This document shows, in pieces, positions 43,448-54,756 of a stretch of DNA of 64,000 nt (positions are counted from its first letter, which is position 1; each line of letters begins with the position of its first letter). The notes under the pieces are model-generated. The model made no database searches. It was not told the origin of the DNA and worked only from the letters and a program-made list of their open reading frames with translations. Where the stretch lies: assembly GCF_006345805.1 (NCBI RefSeq), contig NC_043014.1:33790001-33854000 (forward strand), in the 5' to 3' direction. This DNA is from Octopus sinensis (Eukaryota). Made by a program: the position numbers and the translations under genes.

Positions 43448-44504
43448 AAAATACAAGTCGCGTAGAGAGTGAAGAAAAGGAACGAGGGAGACAGGAAGAA
43501 AAAAGGGAGAGAGAAGGGGCGGGGAGAGAATGACTGGAGACAGAATGAAAGAGAATGAGCGATAAAGAGAGTTTGTGTATGTGAAAAAAAAAAGGAATAG
43601 GGAGAGATACAAAATGGTTTACAAACGGATTACACTGGACAAAATGTGAACGAATATTTTTTTCATTAATCTATATATGAACAGCCGTCAAGTTTTATTA
43701 CCCTACAGATTTCAATTGATTAGGGCGCTACCCATGCCAGGTTCGTTCCCCACCTCCTTAAAATATAGTACATGAGATCTGTATATGTCTATGCATCATC
43801 AACTAGACTATCAATGCAAGTACCAAACTTCTCACTTTTTGTGTAACAAAGCTATTGGTGATTCTCCTTTATCTTGAAAGGCTAACTTGAACCTTTCTCA
43901 ACAACACTACTTTCCTCCACCTACATAACTCGGGAGCATGCTCTCCAATCTGGTCAGACATTTCTCAAGAAAAGGATCGCTAGACTGATGGTCCTAAACT
44001 ACTGGGGGGCGATATAAGACTGACCAATCATGGACAGATTCTTCTCAATTTATTCCTGTGTGATGGCTATTCACTAGCTCTTCGTAGTCCCTATCCACTT
44101 GCAAGTTCAGACTCGGACCATATTTAATCTGCCTCCGGTCCCATGACATAAATCGCCGCCGGCCTGTATGACCTTACCTCTTCAGATGCGAGTTGCAAGC
44201 CTACCAGCTTGTTCTGGTTGATGCGAGTTTGCATATACACTTGGTGCTCTCCTTGTGTCAATCATTTCAGTATCCGAAGTGTCTGACACCATGACGTTGC
44301 GTCTCTAATTACCCGTCTGCTTTTCAAATAGTTTTATTTTGAATTGATGGAGTAATCTCACAGACTTTAAATTTCTTGTACAGGGTTATCAGATAAGTTT
44401 TATAAAAAATAGCACAAATCTTTCCAAAATTAAAGAAATATATTAGAAAGTAGCCACTCACCCCAATGAAAAATTATCATTTTTCTAAGTAATTAAATAT
44501 ACAA

Positions 44505-44575
<71 letters not shown>

Positions 44576-44587
44576 TACATACATACA

Positions 44588-44627
<40 letters not shown>

Positions 44628-44742
44628 GGTGTGGAATTGCCTGCAGGTCAGTTCTGATTTACATAGCTGATACTGTAATATATTTAATAATAAAAAAATT
44701 AGAATATTAAAGTATCAATTAGCACACACACACGCATATATA

Positions 44743-45137
44743 TTTCTTTATTACCCACAAGGGGCTAAACACAGAGAGGACAAACAAGGACAGACAAATG
44801 GATTAAGTCGATTATATCGACCCCAGTGCGTAACTGGTACTTATTTAATCGACCCCGAAAGTATGAAAGGCAAAGTCGATCTCAGCGGAATTTGAACTCG
44901 GAACGTAGCGGCAGACGAAATACCTATTTCTTTACTACCCACAAGGGGCTAAACATAGAAGTGACAAACAAGGACAGACAAACGGATTAAGTCGATTATA
45001 TCGACCTCAGTGCGTAACTGGTACTTATTTAATCGACCCCGAAAGGATGAAAGGCAAAGTCGACCTCGGCGGAATTTGAACTCAGAACGTAACGGCAGAC
45101 GAAATACCGCTAAGCATTTCGCCCAGCTCGCCGCCTT
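44743..45137 (-). mobile_element. SINE family A, two-body form
   Basis: 17-bp TSD ACACACACGCATATATA at 44726-44742 and 45138-45154. Confidence 0.85.
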
Positions 45138-45462
45138 ACACACACGCATATATAGTGGCGTGAAGTCCTAAGAAAGTAACATAATTCGTTACTTGTAGCC
45201 CATTTGGCAACCCTACTCTCAGTCAGTTCATTCATATCTTGATTTCCAATATGCTTCAGTAAGTCACTGTTTATACCAGAAGAATTTCTGATCATCGTTC
45301 AACGTTAGGTACCAGAACTATGTTTTTATAAATTCGAACAAACCTCATGAGGTAGCGAGTTCGATTTCCGGACCGAGCTGTGTGTTGTGTTCTACAAGAA
45401 AGTATTCTACATACACTTTTTATCTTCATCTTAGTTTTATAATGCAATACAATAAGAAGATG

Positions 45463-45753
45463 CATCGCTCAGTGGTTAGATCGTCGGGCTCACAATCATG
45501 AGGTAGTGAGTTCAATTCCCGGACCGAGCTGTGTGTTGTGTTCTTGAGGAAGATGCTTTATCTTTCACGTTGCTCCAGTTCACTCAACTGTAGAAGTAAG
45601 TTGCGACGTCACTGGTGCCAAGCTGTATCGGCTTTCCGTGGAGAGGGAAGGCCGGTATGCTTGGACGATTGCTGTTCTTCTATAAACAACCTTTCCCGAA
45701 CTTGTGCCGGGGAAATCCCATGGTCATTCATGACCGAAGGGGATCTTTACCTC
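45463..45753 (+). mobile_element. tRNA-headed SINE family D
   Basis: GCTCAGTGGTTAG...GAGTTCAATTCCC head; tail shared with 20180-20370. Confidence 0.65.
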
Positions 45754-45849
45754 TTTTTTACCTCTGCTGATTGAACAATTAGAACATTCATCATCGTAAA
45801 GCCTACCTATTTATCCATAAATGTGGTGCGGCGCTTCCATTAATATGTG

Positions 45850-46500
45850 CGTGAGAGTGCACGTGAATGTGTGTGTGAGAGTGTGCGAATGTGTCTGATT
45901 GCGCGTGAATGTGTGTGTTAATCAGCGTGAATGTTGATGTAAGTGCGCGTGAATGTGTGTGTGAGTACGAGTGAGTGTGTGTGTGTGGGTGTGCGTTAAT
46001 GTGTGTGTGAGTGTGCGTGAATGTGTGTGTGAATGTGCGAGAATGTGTGTGTTAATCAGCGTGAATGTCGATGTAAGTGCGCGTGAATGTGTGTGTGAGT
46101 ACGCGTGAGTGTGTGCGTGTGGGTGTGCGTTAATGTGTGTGTGAGTGTGCGTGAATGTGTGTGTGAGTGCGCGTGAATCTGTGTGTGCGTGTGCGTGAAT
46201 GTGTGTGGATGAGTGCGCGTATATGTCTATGTGAGTGCACGTGAATCCGTGTGTGAGAGCCCATGAATGTGTGTATGAGAGGGCGTGAATGTGTGTTTGT
46301 GAGTGCACGTGAATGTGTGTTTGTGAATGTGCGTGAATGTGTAAGTGCGCGTGAATGTGTGTATGAGTGCGCGTGAATGTGTGTGTGCAAGAATGTGTGT
46401 CTGAGAGTACGTGAATGTGCTTGTGAGTGCGCGTAAATGTGTGTGTGAATGTGAGTGTGCGTGAATGTGTGTCTGAGTGCGCGTGGATGTGTGTGTGAAT
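45850..46500. repeat. GTGCGTGAATGTGTGTGTGA-type minisatellite
   Basis: ~20-bp imperfect unit; 134-bp higher-order repeat (45918 vs 46052). Confidence 0.85.
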
Positions 46501-46707
46501 ACGTGATGATGTAGTAGTTTTTTGGGTTTTTTTTAGCATGGCTCCTTTATGAGTTCCTTGCACTTTGTTAGGAACTTTATAACATATTATTGTTAATTTA
46601 CAGTTAAATATGTTGAGTTCTGCTTTACGAGGCTTTTGAAAACGTATTTGTGTATTCTATGGCTACCCTGTAGCTATTCTTTAATCAGTAACAATCTACT
46701 AATGACC

Positions 46708-47091
46708 GTGGAGGCGCAATGGCCCAGTGGTTAGGGCAGCGGACTCGTGGTCATAGGATCGCGGTTTCGATTCCCAGACCGGGCGTTGTGAGTGTTTATT
46801 GAGCGAAAATACCTAAAAGCTCCACGAGGCTCCGGCAGGGGATGGTGGTGATCCCTGCTGTACTCTTTCACCACAACTTTCTCTCACTCTTACTTCCTGT
46901 TTCTGTTGTACCTGTATTTCAAAGGCCGGCCTTGTCACTCTCTGTGTCACGCTGAATATCCCCGAGAACTACGTTAAGGGTGCACGTGTCTGTGGAGTGC
47001 TCAGCCACTTACACGTTAATTTCACGAGCAGGCTGTTCCGTTGATTCGGATCAACCGGAACCCTCATCGTCGTAACCGACGGAGTGCTTCC
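46708..47091 (+). mobile_element. tRNA-headed SINE family B, full length
   Basis: Same head; 10-bp TSD ACTAATGACC at 46698-46707 and 47092-47101. Confidence 0.88.
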
Positions 47092-47403
47092 ACTAATGAC
47101 CACTGAAACTTATGAATTCGCTTGCCTATTTGATAGTTGTAAACTTCGTCATTCCAACTGTTATATTAGCTGTACATGTACGACAGTCTTCATCTGACTT
47201 AGCACAAACAATTAGGAGCAATTGCAAAGCACTACATCACACAACACGAAACTAGTTAGTATTTAATTTCATTTAATACACATTGTGTTGTTTCAGCATT
47301 TCTAATAGCTGTACTGCCTAACGTATTTGTTATATTGTATTTCTCATTTTTGCTTATACCGAAAGGACACGAATAGTTTCTTCAGTACGTATGTGGGTGG
47401 TTA

Positions 47404-49075
47404 GGATCTTTTCGGTTTGACCGGCAGTTTTTTAAAATAATTTCCACGTAACTAAACACTTTTAAACTTCGTATACTGGTAGAATCTCTTCTCTCTATAT
47501 ATAAAAGGCAGTTTGTCTGTCTGTGTGTCTGTCAGGTTGTACCCTCACACTGACCACGGCTTTCAACCGATTCTGATGAAACTTGACACACACATAGCCC
47601 AATGTCATAATTCAAAACTAACACAGCGAAAATTTTGAAAAGTTCCCCCAGTTCTGAAAAAAATCGATAAATTCGACATGGGGTCGAGAATCTAAGCTTA
47701 TCATATGCAGCACATTTTCCGTTGTAGTTTTCGCAACTTGCAATCGATATTCACCAAACTCATGGTGAAGCTTAATGTTACCCTAAGGAACTTAATTCTG
47801 ACGTTAGTTTTCCATGCAATACCTTACCATCAGAAAAAATCGATAAAATCATGCCATTTTGGGAAATCGCGTTCAAATTCAAGATGACATATTTTCGACA
47901 ATATCTTTAACAAATTGGCAAGAATTTTTTTTTAAATTCACAGCGAGCATCATGTCTGCTCCAAGGAGCTATATGGCCCTTTTGATTCCAATAGGATACG
48001 TTATTACTGGAAAAAAATCGGTTAATTACATCATATGTGGCACACATAGCAAACCGATTTTTCTGCGATATTTTTTGAAAGTTCACATAGATTTTCCCTA
48101 CACCGATGTTGGACATCAAGTTTGCATTAAATGTCAAACTAACGACCTTTTGGCAATGCAGTTAACAAGTATTGAGAGAAATCGACAAAACCATATCACT
48201 TTGAGACCGACCATGCGAACCCTACAAAACTGACTTTTGTTAAATAGTTGGCGGATTTCAGGCGATTTAGTCGATTTTTGCCGCTTTTATCATAAAGGTT
48301 ACTCGAAATGGCATATGTTTTCCTTTTGCTTCAAATCCGAGCAATGTTGGGCTGTAGATGCGTTAAGTTAGGATTAGGTAGGGCTTAGCTGTGGTCCGAA
48401 CCCAACTTGGGTTCGAGGGAGCCGTGTCAAAAGGGCCGGCATGTGCAACCTTATCACCTCTGCCTGTCAAACTCCCAACCCATGCGTTCCCGTCGCGACA
48501 CTGATCCCGCAGAACTGGGTTGGGTGTGCTAAACAAAACCAGAAAATGCACTTTGACTGTCATAGATTTTCTTCATGCATGCAAGGGAACGGTGCCTTGA
48601 ATGCCTTGATGCCTTTTAGGCTTCATTTTACAAAATAACGGTTCAATGAGTACAAAAAAGGGTAAAAAGGTAAAGGGCATTGCTTATCGACAAAGTTTCT
48701 TACATACTCGGGCAACGCCGGGCTATGCTGCTAGTGTGTTTATAAAACATCTTTTTCTCTTGGCTTTATTGAGAAAATTCTATAGTTTGTAAGATATTTG
48801 TTGTTTTTTCTTCAATTTCTGCAATTTCAACCAATCAATGACGTTTATTGAGGTGAAAACATTCTGTGCCGTATGAATATGTCCCTCGTTTAAGAAACAG
48901 ATTGGGTTTATTTACATTTCTGAAGAAAAAAAAGATACCCCTCACCCCACCCCTAACCCTAACGCCAACCCTAAAACAGATTGAAATGCAATAGATCGAT
49001 ACTAGGGTCATAATTATGAGTGACAATTTCATATGACACCGCTAGAAAAAACTGCCGTTCAAACCGAAAAGATCC
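47404..49075. mobile_element. Mutator (MULE)-like non-autonomous element, ~422 bp, interrupted by a Helitron
   Basis: ~29-bp TIRs GGATCTTTTCGGTTTGACCGGCAGTTTTT / AAAAACTGCCGTTCAAACCGAAAAGATCC; perfect 9-bp TSD GGGTGGTTA at 47395-47403 and 49076-49084. Confidence 0.85.
47485..48734 (+). mobile_element. Non-autonomous Helitron, 1250 bp
   Basis: Starts TC (TCTCTTCTCTCTATATATAAAAGG, then GTCT repeats) and ends CTCGGGCAACGCCGGG hairpin + CTAG. Inserted between A and T with no TSD; the empty site is confirmed by the related MITE copy at 62516 (CTGGTAGAAT..GTTTATAAAAC). Confidence 0.88.
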
Positions 49076-49597
49076 GGGTGGTTATATTCCTGGGTGTTTG
49101 CAAACATCATTTAATATTTCCATATGGTTTCTATGTCTAAAACTTGGCTTGGTTAGTATATCTATTGTTAGTATTGTTTGTTGTATTCTGAGGATTTCTT
49201 TATCGGAGGCTTACTTTGTGAATCAAAATCAAAATACTCTTCAAAGTTGAGATTTTACCAGAGAGATTTTAAATCTGTGTAGGCACTTTCTGTTTAAGTT
49301 ATATACGTAAAAAACATATTTATGTGGGCTGTCTCTATTTAAGCAGCATATGCATATAATTGTGTCTTTGGTGTAACCGGACATGTTACAGCTATTGTTT
49401 TCGCTTTGAATGTTTATATCTAAAACTGGAGTCATTGCATTGGTTGGAGTTATATTTCTACTGTTCTAAGTGTTGAATTTTAATAGGGAGTTGTTTTCTA
49501 GGACGTCGTCCGGTGTGCATATTACAACCAATATAATGTCCATATGCCGGAAGCATACAGTATGTAATACACATGTAATATTATATATATATATAAG

Positions 49598-49629
<32 letters not shown>

Positions 49630-49848
49630 GCTATATACTATATATGTATATATATATATATATATATAATATATATATATTATATATATAATACATATAT
49701 ATATACATATATTATAAGAAAATAGTAAAGTGTGAAAAAACGACAGAAGGCTTAAATGTTAAAAAATATATATATTGTGTCAAAATGTCTGGAGAATATT
49801 GGAAAAATTTTTTCCTTTCCTTAAAATGACATAATTTTAAAATTTTTA

Positions 49849-49888
49849 AAGAAATTACCGGTTTCGCGTGTAGCTTTTCAAATTTCTT
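49849..49888 (-). ncRNA. Minimal type I hammerhead-ribozyme-like motif in PLE terminal repeat (intact copy)
   Basis: Minus strand: AAGAAAT-TTGAAAA-GC-TACAC-GC-GAAA-CCGG-TA-ATTTCTT = 7-bp stem I, core, 2-bp stem II, GAAA, palindromic ACCGGT helix III, GUA cleavage triplet. Confidence 0.6.
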
Positions 49889-50339
49889 GTGACGTTATGT
49901 TTATATGCATGGAATTATCGTTGTTTTTATTTCCAGGAGATTTCTAAATAAGGGGAGGTAGTGAGTGATTTTTTCCGGTGTAGGGGAGATAATCGCTTAA
50001 AAAATTTTTTTCCATTTCCTTGTTAATTTCTCTGTGTCAGTATGTTCGGATGGTGAGTCTGGGTTTGTACTTTTCAATGAAGAAGTTTCCTTGTTCAGTC
50101 TCATTTGTGTTGATGATCCGAAAGCACATTGGTAAAATGGGAAGATTAAAAATTGTGGCAGTAGTTGCTTGCGCATTTCTCATGTGCTCACTAAAGGTAT
50201 CATTCTATATTCTGGGAATGCAATCTGTTGTCGATGCAAGTGTGCATCTGCGCCTGATGATAGTCCCGTGGAACCCAGGACACAGGCTGGAACCTAGTAA
50301 TAAGAAAAACCGAAGATAATCAATCTTTCAACCAAACCT

Positions 50340-52490
50340 TTCTAACATAAATTGACATCTCGCAAAAGGCTCAAATTTACACCAACTCCACGCAGAGCAA
50401 ACCTAAATGAACTCAAGGATAATATAACAGAATTTTGCAGAAAATAAAGACTAGCAGAAGCATCAAACAGTTTCAATACTGAAGATGAATCACTAGTCAA
50501 GAAGAAAAGTGAACACATCCCACACAGAGGAAGAAATAAAGATCTTGACGAATTCTGTAACCACATTGAGAACTTCCCCTACCATACTATACATAAACAG
50601 AAAGCTAACCAAAATTTTAACAATACACAATGGAAAGAACTGATAGAACTCCAAAATGATGAAGATATAACCATTAAGGAAGCGGACAAGGGAAATGCAG
50701 TTGTAATAATGGATACATCATACTACAGAAATCTTGTAATTTCCTTGCTTGATGAAGACCTACATTATGAAAAAATTACCAACTACACCCACAAAAAATA
50801 ATGAAAAACTCTATTCACTAATTAAAACCCATGAAAAGGAACTGACAACCAAAGAGATTGATTTCCTAACAAACTTTAAATGCAAACCTAGCCTTTTCTA
50901 TGGTCTGCCAAAAATTCATAAAAGTCAAATTATAAATGAAACCATTAAAAAATCACCAAAGACATACATACACACACACCAATCCGGGGGACCTAAAACT
51001 ACGACCCATTGTAGCTGGCCCAACCTGTGAAACACACAGACTAAGTCTACTTATGGACATCCTCTTGAAACCCTTCCTTAAACATATCGATAGCCATATC
51101 AGAGATGACTTAGATATGTTAAACCACCTTCCAAAAAAAAACCAAGGAAGAAACAATCCTGGTTTCATTTGATGTAGTCAACTTGTATACCAGTATACCT
51201 CATAATTATGGACTGGAGGCAATACAATTCTGGTTAGACCAATTTCCGGAAGAAATACCAAAAAGGATCAGTAAGAATTCATTACTAAATCAATTGAATT
51301 CATCCTACACAATAACCACTTCATGTTTGACAATACATTTTACCGTCAAAAATCCGGAATTGCTATGGGTACAAGGGCAGCACCAGTCATTGCGAACTTA
51401 ACAATGGGATACATGGAAATAATCATTTACCAGGAATCTCTATCAATCTTTGGAAACTCCCTCTCTCAATACATAAAAGAGAATTGGAAACGATCCTAGA
51501 CGATTGTTTCATTCTCTGGAATGAAAACATAGATAAACTCCTAAAATTTAAAAACCTATTGAACAGCATAAACCCAAATATACAGTTCACAATGGAATAC
51601 AACCAAAAGGAGCTCCCGTTCTTGGATATACTAATTAAAAAAATTAACCTTAAAATAGAAACAGACATTTTTTACAAAGCCACAGACGCCAAACAATACC
51701 TTCTTTTTAATTCATGCCACCCAAGACACACTAAAACAAACATCCCCTTCAACCTTGCAAGAAGGATATGCACAATAGTGTCAGAACAAAATACCAGGAA
51801 CTTTAGACTGCAAGAACTCAAAAACACCTAATTGACAGACATTACCCAGCTCAACTCATAGAGGATGGGATCAGACGTGCAACAGAAATCAACATAGAAA
51901 CTTTAAGAAAAGTTCAACACAACAACACACCTTCCCCGAAATACTACCTTACATATCTACATACAACCCCAGAAACAAAGAAGCCTTCACCATCATCACC
52001 CAGAATTTACCAATACTTCATAAAACCCAAAATTAAAGGAAATTCTAAACATACACCAAATCATTAAAAGCTACAAACAGCCTAAATCACTTAAAAAGAT
52101 TCTCACAAAGGCAAAATTGTCTTCTAAAATTACGGATGCAAAAGTAAAAAAATGTGGTAGATCGAACTGTGCAACATGTCCTAACCTATTGGAAGGATCA
52201 GAATTCCTCTTTAAAGAGGGACAGAAATTTAAGATCAAATCTAACTTTACTTGTGCCTCTGAAAACATAATTTATGTTATTAAATGCTCGGGCTGCCACC
52301 AAGACTACGTGGGTTCCACGGGACTATCACTCAGGCGCAGATGCACACTGCATCGACAACAGATTGCATTCCCAGAATATAGAATGATACCTTTTAGTGA
52401 GCACATTGAGAAATGCGCAAAGCAACTACTGCCACAATTTTTAATCTTCCATTTTACCAATGTGCTTTCGGATCATCAACACAAATGAGA
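50340..52490 (+). pseudogene. PLE reverse transcriptase + GIY-YIG endonuclease, frameshifted
   Basis: Segments: LKFTPTP; TIKEADKGNAVVIMD; FYGLPKIHK; LRPIVAG; SFDVVNLYTSIP; IAMGTRAAP; (F)LDDCF with a 1-nt deletion at ~51496; LPFLDILI; HPRHTKTNIP; CGRSNCATC; IIYVIKCSGCHQDYVGST. Several stops and frameshifts. Confidence 0.9.
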
Positions 52491-52702
52491 CTGAACAAGG
52501 AAACATTCTTCATTGAAAAGTACAAACCCAGACTCAACCATCCGAACATACTGACACAGAGAAATTAACAAGGAAATGGAAAAAAAAGTTTTAAGCGATT
52601 ATCCCCCCTACACCGGAAAAAATCACTCACTACCTCCCCTTATTTAGAAATCTCCTGGAAATAAAACACCGATAATTCCATGCAATATAAACATAACGTC
52701 AC

Positions 52703-52741
52703 AAGAATTTGAAAAGCTACACGCGAAACCGGTAATTTCTT
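52703..52741 (+). ncRNA. Minimal hammerhead-like motif in PLE 3' repeat (1-nt deletion in stem I)
   Basis: AAGAAT-TTGAAAA-GC-TACAC-GC-GAAA-CCGG-TA-ATTTCTT; same as 49849-49888 minus one A. Confidence 0.5.
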
Positions 52742-52912
52742 TAAAAATTTTAAAATTATGTCATTTTAAGGAAAGAAAAAAATTTTTCCAATATTCTCCA
52801 GACATTTTGACACAAATATATATATTTTTTAACATTTAAGCCTTCTGTCGTTTTTTCACACTTTACTATTTTCTTATATATTCACCCACGTGCTTTACCA
52901 AACAAACTTTCT

Positions 52913-52956
<44 letters not shown>

Positions 52957-53787
52957 TATATATATATTCATATATATACCTCATAATTTAATAAATAAAA
53001 TATATGCATACATACATACATATATGTACGTACCTACATCTACATGTATATTATACATTCAATATATATATATATATATTATATATATATATATATATGT
53101 AATAATATATATATATATGAGTACAGGACACCACAAATAGACGTAGAACTCAACGAGAAACGAAAACATAAAAACAAACATGGAAACGGACTTTTTTTAA
53201 CAACGAAAAAACAGAGTACAAGACAAACAATACAAGGAATATTCCCCTTCATCAGCTGTCCCTGATTCGACTCCATGCGTGTTTCGAAGGTAAGGACAGA
53301 ACACGCCCCCTCAAACTAGTCCTTCCTGCAAAAGAATTAAATAAAATTCCTTTGCAGAGGGGTAAAAACAAGGAAAGAAAAAAATGTGACAAGAACAGGA
53401 CGTAAAAGCAATACAAATAAAAATACAAATACAAAAAAATACAGTACACATAAAGAATAAAAACAGGACAAAGAAACCAACATTGAGGGCCTTTTTTAAG
53501 CCTAGACGATGGAAAAATTCCTTGTATTGTTTGTCTGTACTCTGTTTTTTCGTTGTTAAAAAAGTCTGTTTCCACGTTTGTTTTTATGTTTTCGTTTCTC
53601 GTTGAGTTCTACGTCTATTTGTGGTGTCCTGTACTCATATATAATATATATATATATATAATGTATATATACATGTAGATGTAGGTACATACATATATGT
53701 ATGTATGTATGCATATATTTTATTTATTAAATTATTGTATGACTGAGCGCCCTCGCAACGTTTCGTTTCTTTTTTTTTCTCCAAGTA

Positions 53788-53820
<33 letters not shown>

Positions 53821-53839
53821 CGCACACACTATAGTTCTA

Positions 53840-53978
53840 TATTTACATTTGACAGATATTTGTCCTCATATTGTTTGTTGTTAACACGTTTTGGTTGATA
53901 TACCCTCCAGCCTTCGTGAGGTGTCTTAGGGAAATTTCGAACCTGGGTTCTCATTTCTAAGGTATTTTTCGATGTTAT
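53840..53978 (-). mobile_element. Short PLE-like non-autonomous repeat
   Basis: Reverse complement of 54161-54299. Confidence 0.55.
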
Positions 53979-53984
53979 CATTAC

Positions 53985-54040
<56 letters not shown>

Positions 54041-54047
54041 TCAGTGA

Positions 54048-54143
<96 letters not shown>

Positions 54144-54160
54144 CAACAACAACAACAACA

Positions 54161-54299
54161 ACATCGAAAAATACCTTAGAAATGAGAACCGAGGTTCGAA
54201 ATTTCCCCAAGACACCTCTCGAAGGCTGGAGGGTATATCAACCAAAACGTTGTGTTAACAACAAACAAGATGAGGACAAATATCTGTCAAATGTAAATA
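54161..54299 (+). mobile_element. Short PLE-like non-autonomous repeat with degenerate hammerhead-like fold
   Basis: GACAC-CTCTCGA-A-GGCTG-loop-CAACC-AAAA-CG-TT-GTGTT at 54211-54256; preceded by (AAT)n(AAC)n. Confidence 0.55.
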
Positions 54300-54636
54300 A
54301 TGTAAATAATATATACACTAGCTTAAATGCAGCACTCCGTGCGGACTTTTATGATAGCTCCTGCGGAGGGCTAATTGGGCCTGCACCCCAAAACTAAAGA
54401 GAGCAATAATAATAAAGCATTTATTGATACCCTACCAATATGGTATTACTTTAAATTCTGTTTAGATGAAAGACTTGTCAGTTCACAAATTTTGGAGTTA
54501 TTTTAAAATTTGGATTTTCAACTGTTAGCATATAACAAATTCTCATCCAGACCTGATCTCAATGCTGGATTTCAAGAACCAAATGAAGGACAGATTTTTA
54601 ATCCCAGGATCATCATGATTCCAAAAAGGTATAATA

Positions 54637-54756
54637 TCTTACGGCCATATCACGTTGAAAGCACCGGTTCTCGTCTGATCACCGAAGTTAAGCAACATCG
54701 AGCCTAGTTAGTACTTAGATGGGTGACCGCTTGGGAAACCTAGGTGCTGTAAGCAT
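54637..54756 (+). pseudogene. 5S rRNA-derived sequence (full length, single dispersed copy)
   Basis: tCTTACGGCCATATCACGTTGAAAGCACCGGTTCTCGTCTGATCACCGAAGTTAAGCAACATCGAGCCTAGTTAGTACTTAGATGGGTGACCGCTTGGGAAACCTAGGTGCTGTAAGCAT matches the metazoan 5S layout (helix I CTTACGGC/GCTGTAAG, box A, box C). No 5S array and no T4 terminator; it sits inside a transposon. Confidence 0.87.

Larger units (their letters stand above)
49713..52878 (+). mobile_element. Penelope-like retroelement (PLE) with inverted 5' copy of its 3' end
   Basis: Body 50278-52878 encodes PLE RT and GIY-YIG segments. 49713-50277 is the reverse complement of 52310-52878. Confidence 0.92.

Noticed and set aside
43680-44330. Possible coding or LINE remnant downstream of the duplicated exon
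   Set aside because: All minus-strand frames I read have stops and no motif I can name.
46708-46790. tRNA gene (also at 6090-6170, 19875, 20602, 29765, 45463)
   Set aside because: Box A/B are present but there is no complete cloverleaf; each continues into a shared SINE body, with TSDs at 5825-6170 and 46708-47091.
53241-53300. Type II hammerhead (minus strand GAAAC...GTC...CTGATGA)
   Set aside because: Core words are present but I could not form stem I or a proper stem II.
54637-54756. Functional 5S rRNA gene
   Set aside because: Single copy inside a transposon, +1 G absent, no oligo-T terminator, no array; treated as a retrocopy or SINE head.
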